This document shows, piece after piece, positions 8,536 through 16,850 of a DNA stretch of 41,937 nucleotides (its first letter is position 1; each line of letters starts with the position of its first letter). The stretch covers positions 1 through 41,937 of the forward strand of contig CAXSIG010000001.1 of assembly GCA_964237255.1 (NCBI GenBank), read 5' to 3'. A program made the translations under genes and the position numbers. The notes under the pieces are model-generated. The model saw only the letters and a program-made list of their open reading frames with translations. It had not been told where the DNA came from and did not search any database. This DNA is from an uncultured Bryobacteraceae bacterium. Its GTDB lineage: Bacteria > Acidobacteriota > Terriglobia > Bryobacterales > Bryobacteraceae.

Positions 8536-9591
8536 TCACTCGGGCTTCTTATGTCCAGTGCGCCCAGAGGGTTCGATTCCCCCGAGCTTTTTGACTTCTT
8601 TCTCAAAGTCGCTGACGTAATTCCGATCTTCGGTCAGGCGGTACTTCTCGTATTCACCTTCTGCCAATGTCTTTGCAACTTCATGAGAAATCCTCCCAGC
8701 ATTTGTTAGGATTTCGTATTCGTTGAACTGAAGAAATGCGTCTAGCCGACCAATCCATTCGGTCATTCGCATCGGCACGCGGCGCGTGGCCTGAAGTTCT
8801 GCAAAGTCAAGATACATGGACACAATCCGTTCCAACTCTCGAAGTTCCTTCTCTTCCAGGTAGTTTTTTGCGACAGTCACGTCAGATTTTCTGATTCGGC
8901 CTTCAGAGGCTGTTTTCCAGGTAGTCAGGCCCATGTTTGGCTTCGACGAATCGGCACGTTCCGCAACGATCTCTGCGGCGGTCTTCCCGGTGATAGCCCA
9001 ATGTAATTTGTTCTGAACGGTCTTAAAAAACGTTTGCGTGATTTCGGCGTCTGCATCGTAATCGGTGCTGCATTGCTCGTAGATGTCCGTGATCTTGAGA
9101 TAAAAGCGCCGCTCACTTGCGCGAATTGCCCGGATCCGCTGAAGCAGTTCCTCGAAGTAGTCCGCTCCAAACTGCTTGCCCTGCTTTAGTCGCTCATCGT
9201 CCAAAACGAAGCCTTTCACCATGAACTCTCTAAGGGTCTTGGTCGCCCAGATTCGGAACTGGGTCGCTTGGAAACTGTTAACCCTGTAACCGACTGCGAT
9301 CACCATGTCCAGGCTGTAAAAGTCCACCTCACGGGTCACGTCCCGGCCGCCCTCCTTTTGAACTATTCGAATTTTTCGAATAGTTCCCTCCTCCGCTAAC
9401 TCCTTAGAAGCAAAGATCTCTTTACAGTGATAGTTGATGGTATTTACCTCGACACCGAAGAGTTCCGCCATCCGTCGCTGGCTCAACCAGAAGGTTTCTG
9501 TCTGATAGAACACCTCCACCCGGACCCCTCCATTTGGGGTTGTATAGAGAAGGATCTCGCTTTCTGATGGATCTTCGGCCATAATTTGCAC
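8536..9591 (-). CDS. rhuM: RhuM-family protein
   Basis: Full-length similarity to the RhuM pattern: ...FWLSQRRMAELFGV..NTINYH...AVGYRVNS..ATQFRIWAT..L....KGF..DDERLK... Confidence 0.8.
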   Translation of the reverse strand: MQIMAEDPSESEILLYTTPNGGVRVEVFYQTETFWLSQRRMAELFGVEVNTINYHCKEIFASKELAEEGTIRKIRIVQKEGGRDVTREVDFYSLDMVIAVGYRVNSFQATQFRIWATKTLREFMVKGFVLDDERLKQGKQFGADYFEELLQRIRAIRASERRFYLKITDIYEQCSTDYDADAEITQTFFKTVQNKLHWAITGKTAAEIVAERADSSKPNMGLTTWKTASEGRIRKSDVTVAKNYLEEKELRELERIVSMYLDFAELQATRRVPMRMTEWIGRLDAFLQFNEYEILTNAGRISHEVAKTLAEGEYEKYRLTEDRNYVSDFEKEVKKLGGIEPSGRTGHKKPE

Positions 9592-9683
9592 TCTGCCCAG
9601 GGATCGTCATGTTTGGCGCAAAGCGCACAAACGGCTGAAAAGGCCTCAGTTCACCCCGGGGCTATCGTAGCAGTCCCGCCATA

Positions 9684-9869
9684 TCAACAACTTTGAAATT
9701 GTCCAACAACCTGTTGGACATTTGGCTCTCCCGGCCAGGCTTCGGCAAGAGCCCTCATATAAATAAGGTTGGTCCGCCAGAGGCCCTTCATGTGGGGAAA
9801 CTCCGCACGTAAGTCTTTTGCTTTGGCAATTTGCCGGTGAACCCAGTCGATGGAACACCCTCCGGGCAC
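9684..9869 (-). pseudogene. N-terminal fragment of a DUF1016/YhcG-type PD-(D/E)xK protein
   Basis: DLRAEFPHMKGLWRTNLIYMRALAEAWPGEPNVQQVVGQ matches the conserved N-terminal region of that family. The rest of the ~350-aa protein is missing. Confidence 0.6.
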
Positions 9870-9944
9870 TTCGCGTTTTACGTTGGGCTAATGCGTTTTA
9901 GGGACTATCGGCTTCGCTCATTGCCATTTTGAACTCCTTAATTG

Positions 9945-10110
9945 ATCCTCGGCAGCCGAATGTCCTCTTCCTGAACCAATCCATTTTTTCGAACAGTTCC
10001 CCTTCCGCTTGCTCTTTGGAAGCAAGATCTTTTTAGTGTTAGTTGATGTATTCACTCTGACGCCAAACAACTCCAACATGCCTGACTGACAGAACCTTGC
10101 CACATCAAAG
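9945..10110 (-). pseudogene. degenerate fragment paralogous to the adjacent rhuM (approximate coordinates)
   Basis: It encodes ...MLELFGVRVNTSTNT... Its DNA aligns by eye to ~9370-9500 of the intact gene (aagatct.ttt..agtg.tagttgatg.tat..ac). Confidence 0.55.
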
Positions 10111-10325
10111 CCGATTTCAGCTTGGTGCTAATTGACGTGGAAAGTTGTTGATTTTCGGGGGGATTCACAAGGGGGGATTTAGCGGAGCGCTTTAAATCTC
10201 CTCTTGTGGGGGTAGCCGCTCGGGTTTGGCGGCGTAGGGGGAACCGTCCCTGCCCCGGCGTCCCCTTGAGGGGAATGAGAAAGGGTGGCTGGTTCATTGA
10301 AGGTTTCTTTGTCCAGGTCTAACAG

Positions 10326-10345
10326 AACTAAAGACATCTTTAGTT
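10326..10345. promoter_or_regulatory. parS-like palindrome, copy 2 (one central mismatch)
   Basis: aactaaagacAtctttagtt. Confidence 0.4.
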
Positions 10346-10439
10346 TCTCCTTTCGCTGAGCTACGGCTTCATGCAACAGATTGTTGCACAATTAGGTTTC
10401 CCCTTCCCTGCCCTGAATAGAACGTCGCCCTCCTCGTCA

Positions 10440-12146
10440 ATAGCCGCAAGCAGACATGGAGTCTGCACATTAACTGCTAGAAGCGTAAACGCGTGACTGA
10501 CGCTGTGGATGTGGGAGCAGCTCATCTGGAGTAGCTCGTTGCCAAACGAGCAAAAGGGTCTCGGCCTAACCAGCCGGGCTCTCTGAAAAGAGATGGAGCT
10601 GTACCCGTAGAGCCGGATGCATGGAGACATGCTTGTCCGTGCTCGATGGAGGCTCGCGGAAGTAAAGGCCTTTGTTCATGAGCACTAGCTCATCAATGAA
10701 GGAGCAATCTCCGCGTTCTATCCAATTGGCGCTTTGCCGCACCCCAGACGAATGGGGGCGACGGAGAAAGACCGTTGTCTTGCAGGTAAGCAGGGCGAGG
10801 CTTCCGGCCTCTTCCCTGCCCTAAAGCATGGCAATTGGCCATGGTGGTTTAAGTGGGTGATTCCGGCGAAGCCGGGGTAATCCCACACTGGGGGTTCAGA
10901 CCATTCAATGCTCAGTTGAGTGTGGCTGCGTTCTAAAGAACGCATCGGGTGGAAGTCCCGTAAGGTTTGTTCAACCAGTCTGGCATGGGGAGCTTCTGAC
11001 CTCGTAAGAGGCGGAACCGAGGGGGTGACTCCTTTCGGGTTGCGTTCGAAAATAACGCATCGTGAATAGCTCAACCAAAAAGCCCGTAAGGGCAAGCCAG
11101 TCAGTCCGGTCGGAGACGGTACCGAATCGCGACAAGCTGACGAACAGAGGGGTAAGGGAGTGCTTCTTAATTCGATTCCCTGAAATCGCAGTCTCTTAAA
11201 AGAGATAGCGGAAACTATGCTCGGACGGGAGTCCGAAGACATACTGGCGTCAGTTGGGGATCACATCCCCTAGCAACGTGACCGACCGAAAGGCTCTCCA
11301 AAACGGTAGAGCCTTTGAGACGTAGATCATCATTAATCCGGGAAGGAGACAGCGGCCGGAATGGTTTTCCGGTGCCTGTCATTGCAGTAGCGGCTAACGG
11401 TTTGAGGTTTGGCAGTAATGCCGTCTCTCGACCAGTAGCTTCTATGGCAGTGAGGTCAACAGGTGATTAAAAAGCTGCACTCTGGGAGTGGCGCTTCAGT
11501 AGAAGTTCTCGGAAAGAGAAGCGATGCTTCGGCAAGGTAGTCGAAGCTCGTCTCTGGTTCGGTTTGGCAACCGAGCGGCTCGTCTTTTGGGCGCAGAGCG
11601 ACGAAAGAGCGGACGGGTGTTTACCCGTATCCACAGCGTAACCCGGTGGAGAGTCTTTTAGGCTCTCTGCCGGTTCCTTTGGTCAGGCATCACAAGGCGG
11701 TTTTTGCGGAGCACCCTTGGCGGGGTGGTCCGCAAAAATTGCGTTTCGAGCGGTAACGGCACCCTTGCGTCTTGAGCTTGGGGTTAGCGCGAAGTCCGTA
11801 AGGAATTCGTTTCGGAAACGAAGGTTATCGTTCGAAAGGTTGTGATGATCGGGTGACCGCTACCACTAGGTATAGGCAACCTCAAATTAATGAATTAAGC
11901 GCACCGCAGGTGCGTCTTCGTTTTGCGCTTTGCCACGGGAGGGGCAAGAAGCGAAAAACCTGCGGCTTCGGAGCTGGTTCAAAGAACCAGTTACGAAAGT
12001 CGCTCTTGTTCGGCAAGTTGCTATGCAGCTTACCGAACTCGTGGTTCAAAGATTTTGAGTGCTGAACCACAGTGGGCCGCAAAACCCCGCATCAAAAGGG
12101 TTTAAGGCTTCTGGAGAGTGTGCCATACAAACACTCTCCGTTTTTT
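10440..12146 (+). ncRNA. candidate very large structured ncRNA; the 5' boundary is uncertain and lies between ~10.4 and 10.75 kb
   Basis: There is no credible ORF. Hairpins with plus-strand-specific GNRA/UUCG loops are dense, for example 11000-11011, 11082-11093, 11411-11422, 11795-11804, 11506-11520 and 11525-11534. Longer helices lie at 11290-11315, 11701-11738, 11806-11822, 11974-11990 and 12041-12070. The segment ends in an intrinsic terminator. Confidence 0.5.
12113..12146 (+). terminator. rho-independent terminator
   Basis: ggagagtgt-gccatacaa-acactctcc, followed by g and TTTTTT (12141-12146). Confidence 0.75.
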
Positions 12147-12173
12147 GTTCTTTGCACGGCAGCTTGAGGTCAC

Positions 12174-12857
12174 GTGGAATACCGTTTTCTTGCAACTTCC
12201 CTCGAAGGATTCATCCAGCAGTTGGCCGTCGCCTATATCGCACGCGGATATTTCTTTTACGTCACAGGAGTCGTTCCCGAAGGGAAAGACCCCGCTGCAA
12301 TCGATAACAAGCTCCTCGACAAATACAACGTTCGGCTTTCGAAGTTTGCTCGGTATCGAAGGAAGAACCTGGGCCAAGCAAGCGTTCAGTACCTGAGGTT
12401 TGAAAAATTCTTCGTCTTGATAGCTACACATGGACTTCACAACTTTTTTGACGCGGAAGAGAACGGCGGTGAAGGTAGCCGGATTAAAGACGTTCGTCGC
12501 ACTCCGATTCGGTTTGCCGGGTATTCGCTTAGTTGCCGGCGTCGATCCGGGGCCGGTTCAACGCTCGTCTCCCACGTCAGGATTGAACAGGGCATCTATC
12601 TAGAAATCAGAGATACACTTATTGGACTCGCTTCAAATCGCTCGAAGGATTGGCTGGAAAACCAGTTTAAACACTTCCCCTTTGAGCCTTACGCGCCCAT
12701 CAGACGCCAGGCAGCAACAATCTATGCCCGCATCAACAAAGCCCGCGAGGAAGCCTCTCAGGAGCTTTTGAGCTCTTCCTGTTTGCGCGTTCGTCGAAAA
12801 GCTTGCAGCCCGTTTACCTCCACCAATAGCGATAGCTTAAAACTACTGAATTGTTAG
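12174..12857 (+). CDS. hypothetical basic protein (227 aa), GTG start
   Basis: A GAGG lies 5 nt upstream of GTG 12174, which is 28 nt after the terminator. I recognised no family. Confidence 0.55.
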   Translation: MEYRFLATSLEGFIQQLAVAYIARGYFFYVTGVVPEGKDPAAIDNKLLDKYNVRLSKFARYRRKNLGQASVQYLRFEKFFVLIATHGLHNFFDAEENGGEGSRIKDVRRTPIRFAGYSLSCRRRSGAGSTLVSHVRIEQGIYLEIRDTLIGLASNRSKDWLENQFKHFPFEPYAPIRRQAATIYARINKAREEASQELLSSSCLRVRRKACSPFTSTNSDSLKLLNC

Positions 12858-14651
12858 GTCGTCGTCTTCGACGAATTCCCCAATCGCTCTTAAGATCCTT
12901 GTAACCTCGGCATTCGCTAAAATCTGTTCTGTTTTGGTAATTGGTCGCGCGTGCATGGTGCATACTCGGACTGGCATAAGACGAAAGAACGACTCGCGAA
13001 TATTCTCCTTCCGCTGAAACACCTGCTCAAAGACTTCATTCCAGTTGTCGGCTTTTGTAATTAGTCCAGCATACTCTGTAAAGTCTGCATAGTGAATCAG
13101 CCTACTGGGTTCTACGCCGCTGGCAATATCCTTGTCTCTCTTTACCAACCACCCTTTATAGATTTCCCCATTGCCGTGGCAACGAGCCTTCTCCCAGTTC
13201 GTGCCGTATTTATCATTCATTACCCGGTCGATGTATATGCGCAGTTTTCGCTCAAACCGAAGAATGAGCCCGCTGACATCCGTGAGACGTCTTACAAGAA
13301 TTCCCTCTTCATCAATCGGCCTTACCTCCTCTTCTTCCGTAGGGTGACGGACTAGGCCGACATTACTAAGAGCTTCACTAAACGCTGGTTCTGGTAGGTA
13401 AACGAGACCAGGATCAAAACCCCGGTCCTCATAGAACTGTTCTCGGAGGTTTGAATCCGAAAGCATCCGCCAGGGCATTTTTACATCGCGCCAGTCGCCT
13501 AACGCTGATCGAATTGCAGAAACCGGCGAATTATCAAACGGGTTCACTATTTTCGCAGCAGCTGTTAATGAGGATAAGCCGATAAGACTGGCGACTGACA
13601 TGTCAGGTTTTAACCGATCGATCCAAGAGGTATCGATCTGTGCTGCGATAGCCTGCACTTTGGAGACACTAGGTAGGAACTTTTCACTGATGGAGTTGAT
13701 GTTTTCGAGAACCTTCGCAAAACGTACTGTATCGGATTGTTCAAGGGCTCGAAAGTTGGCTAACGTTTTATCCAGGTTCCACGGTTTTGTACCCAACGGG
13801 TCACTGTTTGAGCCCTTAAAAGACAGAACGTCAGAAAACTGCGTTCCCCCTCCGATTAACCTGAGGGTACGATTGCGTTCACGGAGTGCCTCAATATCAA
13901 ACAGCTCGGCCAAAAACGATGTCCGCCGTTTTGCTAACGACAAAAGCGCGTTCTCCCGGAAGTCCAGCATCCGTTTTGTCAACTCCGACATTTCTGTTTC
14001 CCTGGAAATTGGAAAGGGTCTTTGACTCGCGAGGGCTTTAGCCATCGAGAAAGCAGTGTTCTCAAATCGTCGACGTGCATCGTTCATTGCCACCGCGGCA
14101 AGGTTTGCAGTCTCAGAAAACATAGAGTGGTGTTTACAAATCTCGGACTGGAAATCTTCTAAGGAGCAAACGTCGATTGAGACCAGCTTTCCGTGCCTGA
14201 AGTTGTTCCACCACTCAATGCATACCTTCTCCAAAACCTCTTCAGGCCAGAGCTCCAGTTCCTCTGGCTTCAGAAGTGGCTCTGTCGCCAAGTAGGCAAG
14301 AAGGTTCTCTGCAAAAGCTCGCGGAGGCAAATCCTTGTTACAGAGCGGTGAAATCTCTCTGCTATCTTTCATCGTCGTCCCTGTTCTAAACCGAATAGGG
14401 CCATAGTCTCCTGCCGTAATGTCGAAATGTGCCTTGATTCTAAACGGAGCTTTTTGAGGTGTTTCGCTCATACTTTTCACTAGTAGTCTTTCGCCTGCAA
14501 ACACCCATCGTAAAGCAGCACCTGTCCTCTTGTAGCCACTTGTTCCAGTTTCGCTTGGAGCAGAACTAAAGACGTCTTTAGTTTCCCTTCCCTGCCCTTC
14601 AAGCTGATCAAAAATAAAGGCTTGCGCATCCTGTGTTATGCTGTAACACAA
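12843..14651 (-). CDS. HEPN-domain (Swt1-like) protein, up to 602 aa
   Basis: The C-terminus carries ...YGTNWEKA...YADFTEYAGLI...NW...RLMPVRVCTMHARPIT, with an R-x4-H HEPN motif. The N-terminal 60 codons overlap a parS-like palindrome, so the true start may be ATG 14471 (MSETPQ). Confidence 0.6.
   Translation of the reverse strand: MCYSITQDAQAFIFDQLEGQGRETKDVFSSAPSETGTSGYKRTGAALRWVFAGERLLVKSMSETPQKAPFRIKAHFDITAGDYGPIRFRTGTTMKDSREISPLCNKDLPPRAFAENLLAYLATEPLLKPEELELWPEEVLEKVCIEWWNNFRHGKLVSIDVCSLEDFQSEICKHHSMFSETANLAAVAMNDARRRFENTAFSMAKALASQRPFPISRETEMSELTKRMLDFRENALLSLAKRRTSFLAELFDIEALRERNRTLRLIGGGTQFSDVLSFKGSNSDPLGTKPWNLDKTLANFRALEQSDTVRFAKVLENINSISEKFLPSVSKVQAIAAQIDTSWIDRLKPDMSVASLIGLSSLTAAAKIVNPFDNSPVSAIRSALGDWRDVKMPWRMLSDSNLREQFYEDRGFDPGLVYLPEPAFSEALSNVGLVRHPTEEEEVRPIDEEGILVRRLTDVSGLILRFERKLRIYIDRVMNDKYGTNWEKARCHGNGEIYKGWLVKRDKDIASGVEPSRLIHYADFTEYAGLITKADNWNEVFEQVFQRKENIRESFFRLMPVRVCTMHARPITKTEQILANAEVTRILRAIGEFVEDDDLTIQ
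14564..14583. promoter_or_regulatory. parS-like palindrome, copy 3 (perfect 20 bp)
   Basis: aactaaagacgtctttagtt. Confidence 0.5.
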
Positions 14652-14701
14652 AACATCTTTGCTTTAACTTGTTTTAAGTAACCGAGGGAGAAGGAGGTTT
14701 A

Positions 14702-14899
14702 GTGGCGCAGGCAAAAACACCAAAAGCCCGAACGGGCGTCAGTCTTGATGTCGATGTGTTGGCGTACCTAGATGGGGTAGCAAACACCGACGATAGGGAC
14801 CGGAGCTACGTCATCAATCGCATCATCCGTGAATGGGCCCAGTCGAAAGGAAGTCAGATCCCAATCAGTAAAGAAGTGAGGCGTGGAAAAGCAGCCTAA
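14702..14899 (+). CDS. ribbon-helix-helix (CopG/Arc-like) protein
   Basis: GTG start after ggagaaggagg. GVSLDVDVLAYLD...SYVINRIIREW is a typical RHH strand-helix-helix. The ORF overlaps the rep start. Confidence 0.7.
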   Translation: MAQAKTPKARTGVSLDVDVLAYLDGVANTDDRDRSYVINRIIREWAQSKGSQIPISKEVRRGKAA

Positions 14900-16850
14900 T
14901 AGCGAACAAGGAACTTCAACTCCTTTTCAACGAACGAAACCTTTTCGGGGCTTCCCGGAATTTCGCTCGAACGTCCTCTATTGCCCAAAACAGTTCTTTA
15001 CCGTCGTAATCCCCCACTCCTCCGTTAACTGTATTCGCCTCGTTGCGTACATGCTTCGAAAGACCCTTGGTTGGGTTGATGAATCAGGAGAGCCGGTGCG
15101 GGAACAGCACACGGTCTCTTACCGGGAACTTGAAACAACAGCCGGCGTCTCCCATAGCAGGCTTCAAGAAGCGATTGAAGAAGCTCTCAAAGGAAAGTTC
15201 ATCCGCTGCACACAAGCAGCAAAAATTCAGAGCCAAGGCGTTCGTTCGCAGAGTGCTGCTTACGAACTTTCCTGGGATGAAGACCGCTATACGGATGGGC
15301 TTGAAGACTTTCACGGGTTCTACCTTCAACCGACGTACCTCGACCGCGAGGACCAGACAAGAATCGGGAGAAAGAACATCCCGAACATTTTCTTTGACTA
15401 TCTGATTCGAAATGAAAGCCGAAGAGTAATCCGGGTGGTCGGAACGCTTCTTTGGTACAGCATCGATTGGGGAAAGGGCGGGGAGCGGAAAGTTAGCGTT
15501 AGGAAAGCATTAAGAGACCTCGTTGAGCTAACGCACCTTGAACGCTCAAACGTCGTCCGGGCGCTTAATGAAGCGGAAAAGAAAGGCTACGTTGAGCGAA
15601 TCGAGAGAGGCGTCTTTGACCTCTCAGGGAAAAAACAAAGTAGCGCTACCGTTTACGGAATTCAGTGGACTAGCGAATACACCTATACCTACGACGGGCT
15701 TCCGGTCGAGATTGCAGAACGCTCCCAAAAAGCCACACAGCCTAATTTAGTCAACGCTCCCAAAAAGCCACACGGCAGTTTTTCCGGAACGCTCCCAAAA
15801 AGCTTCACGGAAAATGAGGCTGAACGCTCCCAAAAGGCCACACGGAACGCTCCCAAAAAGCCACACGAAGAACGCTCCCAAAAAGCCACTATAAGAATTA
15901 CTAAAAATACTAACTCTAAAACTCTTAACAGCAACAGCACTGAAGACTCCCCTGACCCGGAAACCGCTGCTGCTGTTTTAGAGCTTGTTGAGATTCTCTT
16001 TGAAGCAGGCTTCTTGAAAGCGGAAACCCCGGCAATTATCGCTGAAGCAACGGCTGCCGGGTCCCCTTCAGGCCAAACGGCAAAACAGGTAATACTTTCC
16101 CAAGTGGAGCTACTTCCAAGCCGAACTGCTTCTAAGAGTAAGCTCGGACTACTTCGATCCGCGATCAAAGGAAATTGGCCCGCTCCTGAGGGTATTAAAA
16201 AAACTAAAGACGTCTTTAGTTCTCCCGGAAAGTACTTTGCTGCAAGCTTTTACGCCGGCTATCACGGGAACTTGGATGCCCCGATAAGTGACCCTTCAGA
16301 GCAGGATTCGTCCGCGGGACAAACCTTTCTTGAAAAGCTTAAGACCGGTGAGCCTAGCGTAGAGAATGCCGGAGCGCTCGGTCGAGAGTTTGGAGCTTTT
16401 GTGGCAAAGAAGCACAGCGAAAAGCGGCAGAGCTTCCCTGCCCTAGTTCCTGCAATCCGTCAGTTTGGAGACGAGTTTTTTAGAAGACTAAAATCTGGTC
16501 TTGAAGAGAAGTTTCACTCTGAAGTTTCAAAAGCTCGCTCGCTTCACGTTGAAAAGTCTACCGGTGCTTACCAGGAATACCTCGAGAAAATTTTCAGCAG
16601 ACATGAGCATGAAAACAGCTTGCTGTTTCAAGAATTCTTTGCTGAAGAGGAACAATCGTTAGAGCCCATTCGAAAGAACCGCTTCGGACTTAATGTTGAG
16701 GCGGCGGTAAGAAAGTTCACGTCGCGAGAAAACCGACTTCAGCGCTTTGAAACATTCATTCGCATTTCAGGCTTCGCTAACGACGTGCTTGATTTCTGGG
16801 CTTGGGATCAGAAGCTGAACGAAGAACCATTTAATCAGGAAGAACTATGA
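14883..16850 (+). CDS. putative plasmid replication initiator (655 aa) containing internal iterons
   Basis: It sits between the RHH gene and parA, with ATGA-type overlaps. The N-terminal region is winged-helix-like. Six DNA iterons are embedded in a low-complexity linker (ERSQKAT/NAPKKPH repeats). Confidence 0.55.
   Translation: MEKQPNSEQGTSTPFQRTKPFRGFPEFRSNVLYCPKQFFTVVIPHSSVNCIRLVAYMLRKTLGWVDESGEPVREQHTVSYRELETTAGVSHSRLQEAIEEALKGKFIRCTQAAKIQSQGVRSQSAAYELSWDEDRYTDGLEDFHGFYLQPTYLDREDQTRIGRKNIPNIFFDYLIRNESRRVIRVVGTLLWYSIDWGKGGERKVSVRKALRDLVELTHLERSNVVRALNEAEKKGYVERIERGVFDLSGKKQSSATVYGIQWTSEYTYTYDGLPVEIAERSQKATQPNLVNAPKKPHGSFSGTLPKSFTENEAERSQKATRNAPKKPHEERSQKATIRITKNTNSKTLNSNSTEDSPDPETAAAVLELVEILFEAGFLKAETPAIIAEATAAGSPSGQTAKQVILSQVELLPSRTASKSKLGLLRSAIKGNWPAPEGIKKTKDVFSSPGKYFAASFYAGYHGNLDAPISDPSEQDSSAGQTFLEKLKTGEPSVENAGALGREFGAFVAKKHSEKRQSFPALVPAIRQFGDEFFRRLKSGLEEKFHSEVSKARSLHVEKSTGAYQEYLEKIFSRHEHENSLLFQEFFAEEEQSLEPIRKNRFGLNVEAAVRKFTSRENRLQRFETFIRISGFANDVLDFWAWDQKLNEEPFNQEEL
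15717..15890 (+). repeat. six direct repeats of ~21 bp (iterons), gaacgctcccaaaaagccacac
   Basis: Copies start at 15717, 15752, 15787, 15822, 15845 and 15870. Spacing is 35,35,35,23,25 bp. Confidence 0.8.
16202..16221. promoter_or_regulatory. parS-like palindrome, copy 4 (perfect 20 bp, inside rep)
   Basis: aactaaagacgtctttagtt. Confidence 0.5.

Noticed and set aside
8561-8585. tRNA-like T-arm string gagggttcgattccccc, a possible att/tRNA fragment
   Set aside because: Only 3 bp of the would-be T stem pair, and no acceptor, anticodon or D arms are present around it. It also lies inside the rhuM coding region.
10718-11242. 174-aa minus-strand ORF inside the hairpin-dense segment
   Set aside because: The product is Ser/Pro/Arg/Leu-rich with no motif and no plausible RBS context. 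It lies antisense to a run of plus-strand GNRA-capped hairpins. I treat it as a by-product of structured, G+C-rich non-coding DNA.
10440-12146. Group II intron, rRNA fragment, RNase P or tmRNA identity for the large RNA candidate
   Set aside because: I found no GUGYG 5' end, no domain-V-like 34-nt AGC hairpin and no reverse-transcriptase ORF. I also found no universal 16S/23S, RNase P (GAGGAAAGUCC) or tmRNA signature strings. This was only a visual scan and needs Infernal to confirm.
15717-15890. Short regularly spaced repeats that could superficially look like a mini CRISPR array
   Set aside because: The repeats are 21-22 bp with only 2-14 bp between them. They lie inside a long ORF, and no cas genes are present. 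Iterons explain them better.
15689-16168. 159-aa minus-strand ORF antisense to rep
   Set aside because: It is low-complexity, generated by the iteron repeats and the Ala/Ser-rich linker. It has no independent support.
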